Shown: positions 11,981-29,284 of the stretch, one piece after another | How positions within the stretch are numbered: the first letter of the stretch is position 1 | Layout: every line of letters begins with the position of its first letter | Origin: Macrostomum lignano | Lineage: Eukaryota | Assembly: GCA_002269645.1 (NCBI GenBank) | Contig: NIVC01001842.1 | Location: 1 to 64,000 of the forward strand | Direction of reading: 5' to 3' | DNA: 64,000 nucleotides | Notes under the pieces: generated by a model | What the model saw: only the letters and a program-made list of their open reading frames with translations | Database searches by the model: none | Told to the model about the DNA's origin: nothing | Program-made: the position numbers and the translations under genes

Positions 11981-12990
11981 CTGCCCGCAGGCGCCCTGGG
12001 CCTGTGATCGGGAGTGTCGGTGCGGACTATTTGCGAACTACTTGAACTGGTCACCCAGCTGGTGCTGGCGGTCCAAGTCAGACTTCAAATCAGAGCCAGA
12101 GAGAGCTGGCCGCCAGGCAGACCGCCACCCGCAGAAACGATTCCAACGATAACAATTGCGAAGAAGAGGCCAGCAAAATGATGCTGGGCTGTGCAGACGC
12201 TGGAGAAGCGGCCTTCAGAGTGTGATTCCATTCAGAGCCGTTAGCCGTTTAGCTCTGATACAGTTCTACACTACATAACCTATGTTATTTCACCTTTAAT
12301 TGGAATAACATAGCAACCGACAGATGAAATTAATCATTGCCCCATTAAGGCAGGTGTAATCAATTATTATAATTTATTATCAGCAATATAAGTCAGCCTA
12401 GAAAACTCAGCAAATCCCAGGAGTTAAATAATGCCATTGGCGACTCGGCTGCCCTAAAGTTCGTCAACCTGGAGAAATCAAATAAAATTATTCGAATAAA
12501 CCCATGCCCATGTAAGGTCGAATTTGCATCGTGAAAACTTTGACCGGCTTACTCCTTTAAAACGGGCTGCTATGAATAATTCTCTATTTCGCCTACTGAA
12601 AGTAGCTAAAAAAAATTAAAGCGGTTCGATCCTTTCGCGTGTACAAAAGGTTTGCGACCTTCTACAGGGAAACAGAACTTCGAACGCGTATTTTCATTGG
12701 TGAGGTCCTGGCCTATTGCGAGTTGCCATCTCGCTTTTGCACTCACAGAGCAGAAGCTCACCATTCGGATGTCGCCTCCCCTCCTCGAATTCAAATCCAA
12801 CCATGGAGCCCCTGCTCCAGTATGCTGTGTCCCAACCAATGACAGCTCACGCAGCCAGCGGGCCAACACAGCATAAAAGCATCCCTGATGCAGCACTGGC
12901 CTCAATTCCGCTATCTCTATCCGCTATCTCTCGAACTTGTCAGTGCAACTGAGCTCAGCACATCTGAATCTCTCTGGCGCCCAGTGAGCC

Positions 12991-13743
12991 ATGAAGACGC
13001 TCGGACTCCAAGCGAAAGTCGGCCTGGTCCTGCTGGCTCTGCAAGCTCCAGCTGCGATGCAGGACGCCTACAACCTGATCACCGGCTACCTGTGCATCAG
13101 GAGCGACTTCATTGAGACTCCAGGTGGCTCGCACTCTGAGATCGGGTGTGCCACTCTGTGCAACCGAAACCCGCGCTGTCAGGCGTTCAGCCTGGCTGAC
13201 GGTCCGTGCCAGCTGTTTGTGTTCGACAAGTGCAGCAAGTCGGTGAGGGACTGCGGCTGCTCCAGGAGAGGCTGGGTGTTTGTGAAGCAGCAGCCGGGAC
13301 TCGAGGCGGGCGCGCTGTGTCCGTCTGGCTACGGAGACGACCTGTGCGGAGTGAAGTACAAGGTGTACAACAACACCGGAAACTGGTCGGTGAGCAGACA
13401 GAAGTGCGAGTCGGAGAGCGGCTTGGTGATCATGGCCGACGTGGAAGACACCACCGAGATGAGCCACGTGGACGAGATTTACGATTTGCGCAGCTCAGGA
13501 AAGGCCTTCTTTCTCGGAGGGATGCAGCCAGCCGGGAGCGCTGAGCCCGACGGAGGCTGGCACTGGGTCGGCTGCAACATCACCCTAAACGGCAGCCTGT
13601 GGGCGGAAGGAGAGCCCACTGATTCAGCTGACAAGGAGAATGTTGTGGCCCGCTATCCAGGGGCGAAAATGCTGGTTGATATCTATGAGGCCAATGCCGA
13701 GACAACATCGGGGCTGTGCGAGTGCGTGTCGCCATTCAACTGA
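12991..13743 (+). CDS. Secreted PAN/apple-like + C-type lectin domain protein (250 aa, intronless)
   Basis: Hydrophobic signal peptide (VGLVLLALQAPAA). PAN-like cysteine spacing (SEIGCATLCNRNPRCQAFSLADGPCQL). CTLD hallmarks: CPSGY, W...RQKCE, FFLGG, WHWV, WAEGEP, terminal LCE. Confidence 0.85.
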   Translation: MKTLGLQAKVGLVLLALQAPAAMQDAYNLITGYLCIRSDFIETPGGSHSEIGCATLCNRNPRCQAFSLADGPCQLFVFDKCSKSVRDCGCSRRGWVFVKQQPGLEAGALCPSGYGDDLCGVKYKVYNNTGNWSVSRQKCESESGLVIMADVEDTTEMSHVDEIYDLRSSGKAFFLGGMQPAGSAEPDGGWHWVGCNITLNGSLWAEGEPTDSADKENVVARYPGAKMLVDIYEANAETTSGLCECVSPFN

Positions 13744-14289
13744 CACGGAACTGCTGCAAGCTCGAGCTGGACACCGGATAGCACAGCCATCACTAAAACA
13801 ATACAAATTTCATCTGCCTAGTAACCAAATGGTAACCTAACTGGCAAAAGCAAACTGAGCAGGTGTAACTAATTTTCAGCTAAAATTTCGATTCTGTAAA
13901 TTTGGCTAAACCCGACTGGAAGACTGGCCATTCCCTCGACGAAGATCAAATATACTCTGGATAAACTCCCCTCCTGGCAAATTTTTGAAGCTCGGCTTTG
14001 GATTTTTTGTTACACTGTTTGCCGTTGAAAAGCACAACAGCATTAGCTGTAGCCCTGCTGCATGATCAAGACGGCAAACACAGTTTAGCAATCGCTCAAT
14101 TTCAATCCTGGTCTGTGTGGCTGGATCCCTGTAGAAAGCTGCATGTGCAACGGTGTTAAAAGCAAATTTTAATATCATTAATATTGTTATTATTATTACC
14201 ACTACTATCATTTCTACGAGTTAGCTGCATTGTTTAAAACGGATTTTCCTTGACTTCCTTGCTCCTAGGTTAACTTGCAATTTAATGAG

Positions 14290-16190
14290 AGCCAGCTACA
14301 GAGGGGATGCCAGCTACAGAGGGGATGCCAGCTACAGAGTGGATGCCAGCTACAGAGGGGATGCCAGCTACAGAGGGGATGCCAGCTACAGAGGGGATGT
14401 CAGCTACAGAGGGGATGCCAGCTACAGAGGGGATGCCAGCTACAGAGGGGATGCCAGCTACAGAGGGGATGCCAGCTACAGAGGGGATGCCAGCTACAGA
14501 GGGGATGTCAGCTATAGAGGGGATGCCAGCTACAGAGGGGATGCCAGCTACAGAGGGGATGTCAGCTGCAGAGGGGATGTCAGCTGCAGAGGGGATGTCA
14601 GCTACAGAGGGGATGCCAGCTACAGAGGGGATGCCAGCTATAGAGGGGATGCCAGCTACAGAGGGGATGCCAGCTACAGAGGGGATGTCAGCTGCAGAGG
14701 GGATGTCAGCTACAGAGGGGATGCCAGCTACAGAGGGGATGCCAGCTACAGAGGGGATGTCAGCTACAGAGGGGATGCCAGCTACAGAGGGGATGCCAGC
14801 TACAGAGGGGATGCCAGCTACAGAGGGGATGCCAGCTACAGAGGGGATGCCAGCTACAGAGGGGATGTCAGCTGCAGAGGGGATGCCAGCTACAGAGGGG
14901 ATGCCAGCTACAGAGGGGATGTCAGCTGCAGAGGGGATGTCAGCTACAGAGGGGATGCCAGCTATAGAGGGGGCGTCAGCTACAGAGGGGATGCCAGCTA
15001 CAGAGGGGATGCCAGCTGCAGAGGGAATGCCAGCTACAGAGGGGATGCCAGCTACAGAGGGGATGCCAGCTAAAGAGGGGATGCCAGCTATAGAGGGGGC
15101 GTCAGCTACAGAGGGGATGCCAGCTACAGAGGGGATGCCAGCTACAGAGTGGATGCCAGCTACAGAGGGGATGCCAGCTACAGAGGGGATGCCAGCTACA
15201 GAGGGGATGTCAGCTACAGAGGGGATGCCAGCTACAGAGGGGATGCCAGCTACAGAGGGGATGCCAGCTACAGAGGGGATGCCAGCTACAGAGGGGATGC
15301 CAGCTACAGAGGGGATGCCAGCTACAGAGGGGATGCCAGCTACAGAGGGGATGCCAGCTACAGAGGGGATGCCAGCTACAGAGGGGATGTCAGCTATAGA
15401 GGGGATGCCAGCTACAGAGGGGATGCCAGCTACAGAGGGGATGTCAGCTGCAGAGGGGATGTCAGCTGCAGAGGGGATGTCAGCTACAGAGGGGATGCCA
15501 GCTACAGAGGGGATGCCAGCTATAGAGGGGATGCCAGCTACAGAGGGGATGCCAGCTACAGAGGGGATGTCAGCTGCAGAGGGGATGTCAGCTACAGAGG
15601 GGATGCCAGCTACAGAGGGGATGCCAGCTACAGAGGGGATGTCAGCTACAGAGGGGATGCCAGCTACAGAGGGGATGCCAGCTACAGAGGGGATGCCAGC
15701 TACAGAGGGGATGCCAGCTACAGAGGGGATGCCAGCTACAGAGGGGATGTCAGCTGCAGAGGGGATGCCAGCTACAGAGGGGATGCCAGCTACAGAGGGG
15801 ATGTCAGCTGCAGAGGGGATGTCAGCTACAGAGGGGATGCCAGCTATAGAGGGGATGCCAGCTACAGAGGGGATGCCAGCTACAGAGGGGATGCCAGCTG
15901 CAGAGGGAATGCCAGCTACAGAGGGGATGCCAGCTACAGAGGGGATGCCAGCTAAAGAGGGGATGCCAGCTATAGAGGGGGCGTCAGCTACAGAGGGGAT
16001 GCCAGCTACAGAGGGGATGCCAGCTATAGAGGGGGCGTCAGCTACAGAGGGGATGCCAGCTACAGAGGGGATGCCAGCTATAGAGGGGGCGTCAGCTACA
16101 GAGGGGATGCCAGCTACAGAGGGGATGCCAGCTATAGAGGGGGTGTCAGCTACAAAGGGGATGTCAGCAACAGAAGGGGCGTCAGCTACT
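14290..16190. repeat. 18-bp minisatellite (GAGGGGATGCCAGCTACA)n, about 105 units, with higher-order duplication
   Basis: Tandem units visible. The diagnostic variant GAGTGGATG recurs 810 bp apart (14337 and 15147). Confidence 0.95.
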
Positions 16191-16694
16191 GAAATAGCAA
16201 AGTTTTAACAAAAGATTTCTGGGTTTTGAACAAGCAAAGCAATATTTGTTTGAACATTTCTTGTTAGTGCAAACACGACTAGAACTGCATGAAATTGCCT
16301 TGTCAATATTCTAAAAGCCTATTCTAAGCTTTTTCCTTTTAACTGTTTTGTGACACACTGATTTTACCGTTGAATATCTAATGCTAATGGCTGCATTTCG
16401 AGTTGAAAGCCTGTAGGATCTGATTGTTTGTCCATCCAGCTAAATTTATATACCTCGTATTTAAGCTTGAATTTTAAAAGTATATATAGTATTACTAACA
16501 GTAATATCAGTAGTTTCAGCTATTCTCTTTTAGAGCAAAAGTAAAAAATTCGTTTTATCAATGGGTGCAAACAAAGGACTTCATTTGTAGGGCCATAGAC
16601 AAAAGCTCGGAGTCAAAATTAAACCCAAAAATATTCTCTCTCGTGAATATCTACGATCACGGCGCATCTTAACCATGCAAGCCATTTTTTAGAT

Positions 16695-17050
16695 GCAGGG
16701 GGGTTGTGTGCACCCTGGCGCACTTTAAGCGACATGGGCACACAACCGGCGAGAGGCATTACTGCCCATTCCGCCGACTCCCCTGAGCAGGCACACAAGC
16801 GCGCGGATACGTACGCAGTCATACGCACAGGCACACACTCACACAGGAGTGTACAGCGGCCCTAACTTTATTTTATCGTTAGGCATGTACACTTCACTGT
16901 GCCTTGGGGGGTCGGTCCTCAAGGCCGTTAATTGCACGAGCAGAGCCAAGCCGAGATTCCAATTCAGCCCCAAATTAATTTGACTGCACTTGGAATCGAG
17001 CCTGGGTCGCTGGCACACCAGAGCAGCTGCGCTACCGCTGGGCTATGGCC
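16695..17050 (-). mobile_element. tRNA-derived SINE (~356 bp), copy 1
   Basis: Minus strand begins GGCCATAGCCCAGCGGTAG (A-box-like), then GGCTCGATTCC (B-box-like), and ends near an A-rich tail. A near-identical copy lies at 28458-28815. Confidence 0.8.
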
Positions 17051-17207
17051 CCCCTATGCAAGCCATATACAACTATTGTCTGTGGCACAAATCAACAACA
17101 AACTTGATTACCAGAAGTTGTCAAATAACTGAATAAAGTTGATTTATGAAACAAAGTATATTTTAATTTCAGTTTCTCATAATTTTTACTGAATCCTTAC
17201 AAAAGCC

Positions 17208-20200
17208 ATGCTAAAAAAGTTCACCAGCTCCCTACCAGTTTTATCCAGTCAGTTTTCAAGCGACTACCTGAGCAGAAGCGGCCAGGCTGATATTAATGAT
17301 AGTTTCCATGGCAACCAACAAGAGTCAATATTGTTGGCATCAGCTCATCAGGTTTGTCAGTTGGCCAGCATCAGCTTGAACTGTTCCGACGTAGTCGACA
17401 ATTGTCGAACGCGCAAGCGAAAGTCGCGCGCCGGCGGAAGACGAACAAGAAAAGACCGAAACAACCACAACCAGCTGTGCATAGACTGGGCCAACCTGGA
17501 CAAGAAGGAGTTTATGAAGCTGGTCAGTAGTTTAAACATTGCCGATCTGTTCTGCGAAGTCACCATGGACACCGTTCGATTCTCCGAGGGAGCAAAGAAG
17601 TGGCAAATGTGCGAATACGTGCTGCAGAGAAAGGATCGCCGGATCTTTGTTGGAGGTGAGACTCATCAATGGATAAGCTACTGACTTATTTATCCCATCC
17701 CGGGATCCGTTCATCTCAAAACTGGGAATTGTACCTCATAATCACAGGGATATTTTCTCATATTTTTTCAAAACTTTCAGCATGTCATGGGATATTTCTC
17801 CTTTTCTCCTAATCCTTTAATCTCCAACATGGGGATAATTCTCCTAATATTTTAATCCATATCGTAGGGACATTTCTCCCAATCCTTTAATTCCCAACAT
17901 GGGGATACTTCTCCTAATCCTAATTCCCAACATGGGGATAGTTCTCATAATCCGTTAATTCCCAACATGAGGAGTTTTCTCCTAATCCTTTAATTCCCAA
18001 CATGGGGATATTTTTCATAATCCTTTGATCTCAAACATGGGGATATTTCTCCTAATCCTTTAATTCCCAACATGGGGATATTTTTCATATTCCTTTGATC
18101 TCAAACATGGGGATATTTCTCCTAATCCTTTAATTCCCAACATGGGGATATTTTTCATAATCCTTTGATCTCAAACATGGGGATATTTCTCCTAATCCTT
18201 TAATTCCCAACATGGGGATATTTTTTCATATTCCTTTGATCTCAAACATGGGGATATTTCTCCTAATCCTTTAATTCCCAACATGGGGATATTTTTCATA
18301 TTCCTTTGATCTCAAACATGGGGATATTTCTCCTAATCCTTTAATTCCCAACATGAGGATATTTGTTCTAATCCTTTAATTCCCAACATGGGGATATTTT
18401 TCATATTCCTTTGATCTCAAACATGGGGATATTTCTCCTAATCCTTTAATTCCCAACATGGGGATATTTGTTCTAATCCTTTAATTACCAACATGGGGAT
18501 TTTTTACCTAAATCCTTTATTTCCCAACATGAGGATATTTCTCCTAATCCTTTAATTCCCATCATGAGGATATTTGTTTTCGACTTTAATACCCAATTGC
18601 CCGGTATTATCTCATCAAGGGGATATTTCTCATAATCCTTTAATGGACAGTTTTAACCAGATTATGGGAGATATATTTCTAATAATTATTGAATCATGAG
18701 GGTAACTATCTTAATCCTTCTCAAATCCTTCTTCCGTCAACTGATCCCTGTCAAATCCCAACCCCGAAGGCCAGGGATTCGTTCTATTCGTCCGGCGTCG
18801 CCAGCACTCCTCCAGCCTGGCCATGAAGGTCTGTCTGCACAGCGCCTGTCGCAGCAGAACCGAGCGCTACCAGCTCAAAGCGAATTTGCAGATTGCGGCA
18901 CAGCGGGAGTCCAGGTTTATCTCGGATCTGCTGGTGTACTACATCACCGCCAAGTTCTTCGTGTCAGTTATGTACAAGGCAAAGCACTCTTCATTGAAGG
19001 TAAGATTGAGCGAGTGTGATGACTAGTTATGAGTTCATAAGTGAGTGAGTGAGTTCATGAGTGAGTCCATGAGTGAGTTCATGAGTGAGTTCATGAGTGA
19101 GTTCATGAGTGAGTCCATGAGTGAGTTCATGAGTGAGTTCATGAGTGAGTTCATGAGTGAGTCCATGAGTGAGTTCATGAGTGAGTTCATGAGTGAGTTC
19201 ATGAGTGAGTCCATGAGTGAGTTCATGAGTGAGTTCATGAGTGAGTTCATGAGTGAGTCCATGAGTGAGTTCATGAGTGAGTCCATGAGTGAGTTCATGA
19301 GCACCCACAGGTGATCAAGCGGGAGATCGGGTCATTCCCAACCGGCTTCGTCAAGTACTACTCAGCGTGTGTGCTGAGCGCAGTTCACCGGCTGCACCGC
19401 ATCGGCATCTGCCATAAGGACATCAAAGCCGACAATGTGCTCATTGATCACCGAGGCCTGCCCCAGCTGGCCGACTTCGGACTGGCTGTTGAATGCAAAA
19501 CCGGCCGGGATTCGTACGTGCCGAATAAGCGAGTCACCACTATGCAGTACTACCCACCAGAGTGCCTGGTGCTGGGGGCCGGCACCAACGACTACAAGTG
19601 AGGAGGCTGGGGTGGGGCCTCCACATCCTCATTTCTTTTTATTCATGGTCTGAAGTTTGTTTCTTATTAGTTAGTTTACTTGTACTATTCCTTCTCCTGG
19701 CCACTCTCTCACGACTTCTCTCATTCTCATTTTATTTAATGTCTGCTAGTCTATTATCTCCCTGTCTACCTCTCCCTGTCTACCTTTCCCTGTCTCTCTC
19801 TACCATCTCCCTATCACTCTAACTGTCCACTCTACCATCTCCCTGTCACTCTACCTGTCCACTCTACCATCTCCCTGTCACTCTACCTGTCCACTCTACC
19901 ATCTTCCTGTCACTCTACCTGTCCACTCTACCATCTCCCTGTCTCCCTCTACCATCTCCCTGTCTCCCTCTATCATCTCCCAGTCTCCTTCTCTATGTCT
20001 CCCATCTCCCACCTCCCTATATCCCTCTACCATCCTTCAGTCTCCCTCTATCATCTCGCTGTCTCACTCTACTATCTCCCTGTCTCCTCTACTATCTCCC
20101 TGTCCCCTCTATCATCTCCTTGTCCCCTCTATTATCTCGCTGTCTCCCTGTCCCTGTCCCCTCTATAATCTCCCTGTCCCCTCCTGTCCCCTCTATCATC

Positions 20201-20855
20201 TCCTTGTCCCCTCTATTATCTCGCTGTCTCCCTGTCCCTGTCCCCTCTATAATCTCCCTGTCCCCTCCTGTCCCCTCTATCATCTCCTTGTCCCCTCTAT
20301 TATCTCGCTGTCTCCCTGTCCCTGTCCCCTCTATAATCTCCCTGTCCCCTCCTGTCCCCTCTATCATCTCCCTGTCCTCTCTATCATCTCCCTGTCCCCT
20401 CTATCATCTCCCTGTCCCCTCTACCATCTCCCTGTCTCTATCATATCCCTACCACCTCCCTCTATCCTCTCTCTCAGCAACGCACAAGCGCAATCGCCCA
20501 GGATCGCCCCATCCAAATCCCCATTAGAATTGACTCCTGGCTATTCGGCTTCTTCGTCAGCGAGATCTGCATTCCGTCCAGCGCGCACATGTGGAGCAAA
20601 TTTCAAAACTCGGCAGACCCCTGCTGGCGATTTCACCTGTGCGAGGCCTGCCAGCTGGAGGAGCCGCGCGACCAATCACTGGAGAAGCTGCTCCGCTCGC
20701 TGCTCAGACGCGATCCCAGCAGGCGGCCCTCGATCCGAGAGACCACGCGAGCGCCCTACTTCGGTGACGTCAGCTTCAGCCAGTTGGAATGCGACTATCC
20801 GCCAGATGAGCTTCACGTGAAACATTTGTTCATGGAGAAGGGAGACATTGAGTGA
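17208..20855 (+). CDS. Divergent Ser/Thr protein kinase (AGC-like), exons 17208-17655, 18770-18999, 19311-19597, 20528-20855 (~430 aa)
   Basis: The spliced product has LAMK (VAIK lysine), HKDIKADN, LADFG, YYPPE, IDSWLFG and LLRRDPSRRPS. All three introns are GT-AG and the phases join into one open frame. The start codon is uncertain. Confidence 0.85.
17302..17315. promoter_or_regulatory. Candidate RFX X-box GTTTCCATGGCAAC
   Basis: Perfect match to the GTNNCC-AT-GGNAAC consensus. Function is not shown. Confidence 0.4.
17790..18640. repeat. 35-bp minisatellite (AACATGGGGATATTTCTCCTAATCCTTTAATTCCC)n with alternating A/B units (70-bp dimer), kinase intron 1
   Basis: Units at 18001, 18036 and 18071 alternate between TTTGATCTCA and TTTAATTCCC variants. 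Confidence 0.9.
19027..19300. repeat. 12-bp repeat (GAGTGAGTTCAT)n, kinase intron 2
   Basis: Tandem units fill the intron. Confidence 0.95.
19780..20480. repeat. Pyrimidine-rich compound repeat, kinase intron 3
   Basis: CT-rich tandem units with larger internal duplications. Confidence 0.85.
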
Positions 20856-22214
20856 CAAGTTTATGTATTATTGATTTTCCTTTGTTTGTTTATTTAATTT
20901 AAACTATCTGACTTGTGCCTTTAAGTCTCACGACTCTGCTTGTATGTCACATTACGTTTCTTATTCTGTGGCGAAAAAATATTTACCGAGTACAAACTTG
21001 ACTTGAACGGGATCGCGATATTTTGCCTATCGTGCGGATCTCCGACCATTTTTTGTTCGAAAGTACACTTATAATGGTTTCATTGGATTTTATTAGCGCG
21101 CATCTTGGCTGCGCTTTATTATTGCGATTGTTTTAAATTTCTGACGCTTATGATGAATTGAGTTGAGTTTCTTTTTATTTTTAAAGATGAAAGAGGACTA
21201 ATTTATTTTATATAGAAACTGAACTGAGCTCCTAAAAAGGGTACATCACAAATCCTTGTCTTAATTCCATCAATCTAAAAGTTACTATACAATCTGCCCG
21301 TGTACACGTATGAGTACATCTGGTACGAGAATGGGGGGCCGGGGGGCGCGCCCCCGAATCGCCGACCCACAAAAATTGCGCTCCACCAAAAACTAATGAA
21401 AGAATGAACCATTTATGCAAGCTCGACGAATCACAGGTGCTCAAATTTAGTCACCTGTTAGACATGGCATCTGCCGTATAGGAGATAAGTAGGGGAACCC
21501 GCCTAAAAGACAGGGGTGTCTCACCAATTAAATTAATATTGAGAGCATTTTAATAAAAATTCCCACGAAATGCCGCTGCTGTTCATGAAACTCTGATAGT
21601 ATTAAGATCAAAACGACAAAACTTGATTTCGAAAAAGTAGAAAAATGCTAGAAAAACCTTATCGTTTTCCTTCACTGCCTCGCTTTTTCGTGAATTTTTA
21701 TTAGCGCATTTTAATTCATGGTTATACATGCATGTACATGTACATTTGCGAGAAAACTACTGGAATGGACATCTCGACGAAATCTCTCTTAATTTATAAT
21801 TTTAATAATCATCAAAAACTGAAAGCAAGATACTTTGCAAAGCATTACGAAACAAATCGTTCGATTGCAAATTCTGTCATTCGCTCTGTAAATGATTAAA
21901 GTTGCTACAATAATACAGTTACCCTCCGTATTTTAAATTACCAAAGTTTTCTAACTTCGTGTTGTAACGGTATAACAAATGCGAAACATTTTATTCTTAT
22001 TCGCTAATTTCTTTTTATCAAACAAAGTCGTAATAGTATTTTTGTGTTTTAAGTACTGCGTATGCATTTAATTAAATTTTTTTGCTCCCCTACAAAATGT
22101 TTGACTCTGTTATTTTAGTTGTGTCAGAACACATATTTTTGCTATTTTATTTGCTATTTGCTAAGGTTTTGCCTTGCTTCACACTTGGGTCTATTTCGGT
22201 TAAAACATTTGAAT

Positions 22215-27630
<5,416 letters not shown>

Positions 27631-28457
27631 AATGCAAATGTACAAACAAAGACTACATGCCACTATGCCAGCCTGATCTAAATTAAGAGTGTAGCTTTCG
27701 ATACTAATGATTTGTGATTTGGTGTCTTCTGCAGTTATTCACATTCAACTAATGTGCAATAAGGACTCGAACTTTTTTGGTTGTCATAATTTAAACAAGT
27801 CGCACGAATACGTTGCCGTAGATTTTAACTCTTATTATAACTCGTTGTTTTAATCTATTCGTAATTTTCACGATTTTGTGCTGAAGTCAAAAGTTTTTTC
27901 TCCCTAATTTTGCACGATGCAATTTTTTTTAAGATATGGCCTCTACTGCGCAGTTTTGAGCGAATTTTTTATTATTATGTCTACGTTTCTCTATGCACTT
28001 TGTTTTTATTTTTGTGGCAAAAACATTCAAATTGTTCATTTCAAGTTCGTTCATTTTTAACAAATGCTCCAATTATACAGGCGTACATGTATGCTGTACT
28101 TGAATGCACGTTTTAGTTCTGAAAAATACTGTTGTGTATGCAATAACTGTGTTTTTTTTCTATCAAAATTGACACCTTAATTGCACATTGTATTGATAAC
28201 TTTCGACGGACTAAAATGATACTCGTATTTACACTCCTGCGAAGCCTCTCTATCCGGCCCTCGGGTCCCTGAAACCTCACAATAGCAATATGGCCCGCTC
28301 AAGGTTTGTCTCTTCTCAGGTCTCCTCTCTCTGCTCCTCCGGGGTCTCCTATCCCTTCTCTCCTTTCTCCCCTCAATCTACCCTCTTATCTCTCATCTCG
28401 CCTCTCTCCTCTCTCCTCTTCATTATTATCTCCTTTCTCCCCTCTTTTTTATTAGAG

Positions 28458-28815
28458 GCAGGGGGGTTGTGTGCACCCTGGCGCACTTTAAGCGACATTG
28501 GCACACAACCGGCGAGAGGCATTGCTGCCCATTCCGCCGACTCCCCTGAGCAGTCACACAAGCGCGCGGATACGTACGCAGTCATACGTACGCAGGCACA
28601 CACTCACACAGGAGTGTACAGCGGCCCTAACTTTATATTATCGTCAGGCATGTACACTTCACTGCGCCTTGGGGGGTCGGCTCTCAAGGCCGTTAATTGC
28701 ACGAGCAGAGCCAAGCCGAGATTCCAATTCAGTCCCAAATTAATGTGACTGCACTTGGAATCGAGCCTGGGTCGCTGGCACACCAGAGCAGCTGCGCTAC
28801 CGCTGGGCTACGGCC
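28458..28815 (-). mobile_element. tRNA-derived SINE, copy 2, within a CT-rich tract
   Basis: Near-identical to 16695-17050. Confidence 0.8.
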
Positions 28816-29284
28816 ACCCCCCTTTCTCCCCTCATCTTCCCTCTCCCCCCGCCTCCCTTCTCTTTCCTCTCCTCTCATCTCCACTCTCCTCTCTTCTCTC
28901 CTCTCCTCTCTCTGGCCCGCAGTCATGCGCTAGATTTTATTTCTGGCTCTTACGTCGAAAAAGTTTGCCGAATGTATACTTTATGCAAACTATTTATTAG
29001 TCTCGTTTAACAATCAAAACGATTTTTCGATAGCTTACATGTAATTGGTTTACCGTCCCTAAATAATCCTGCATGTTTCTCGAATTTGATAATATAGCTG
29101 CATGGCCCATGAGCCTTGACACCTGGGTGATCCCCCAGGAGCCTTGAAAACTCAGCAATTCTTCTTCCTACGAGTCTTGATATCTTGGCAATTCCTATGG
29201 TTTATTGTTGTTTGACAGGGGAAATTCTTTAATTTATATGTATGACTGGACCCGAACCTTAACCGAAACAAACCAGCTAAACTA

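Noticed and set aside
7873-12152. Long repetitive ORFs (SHSLSP, EADSVGSR, NRFLRIMAID, LPLCSLLN and similar)
   Set aside because: They are translations of intronic or intergenic minisatellites, with no domain signal or independent coding evidence.
21900-22214. RFX X-box in the BBS5 promoter
   Set aside because: Only half-site-like matches (GTTGCTA at 21901); no full consensus was seen.
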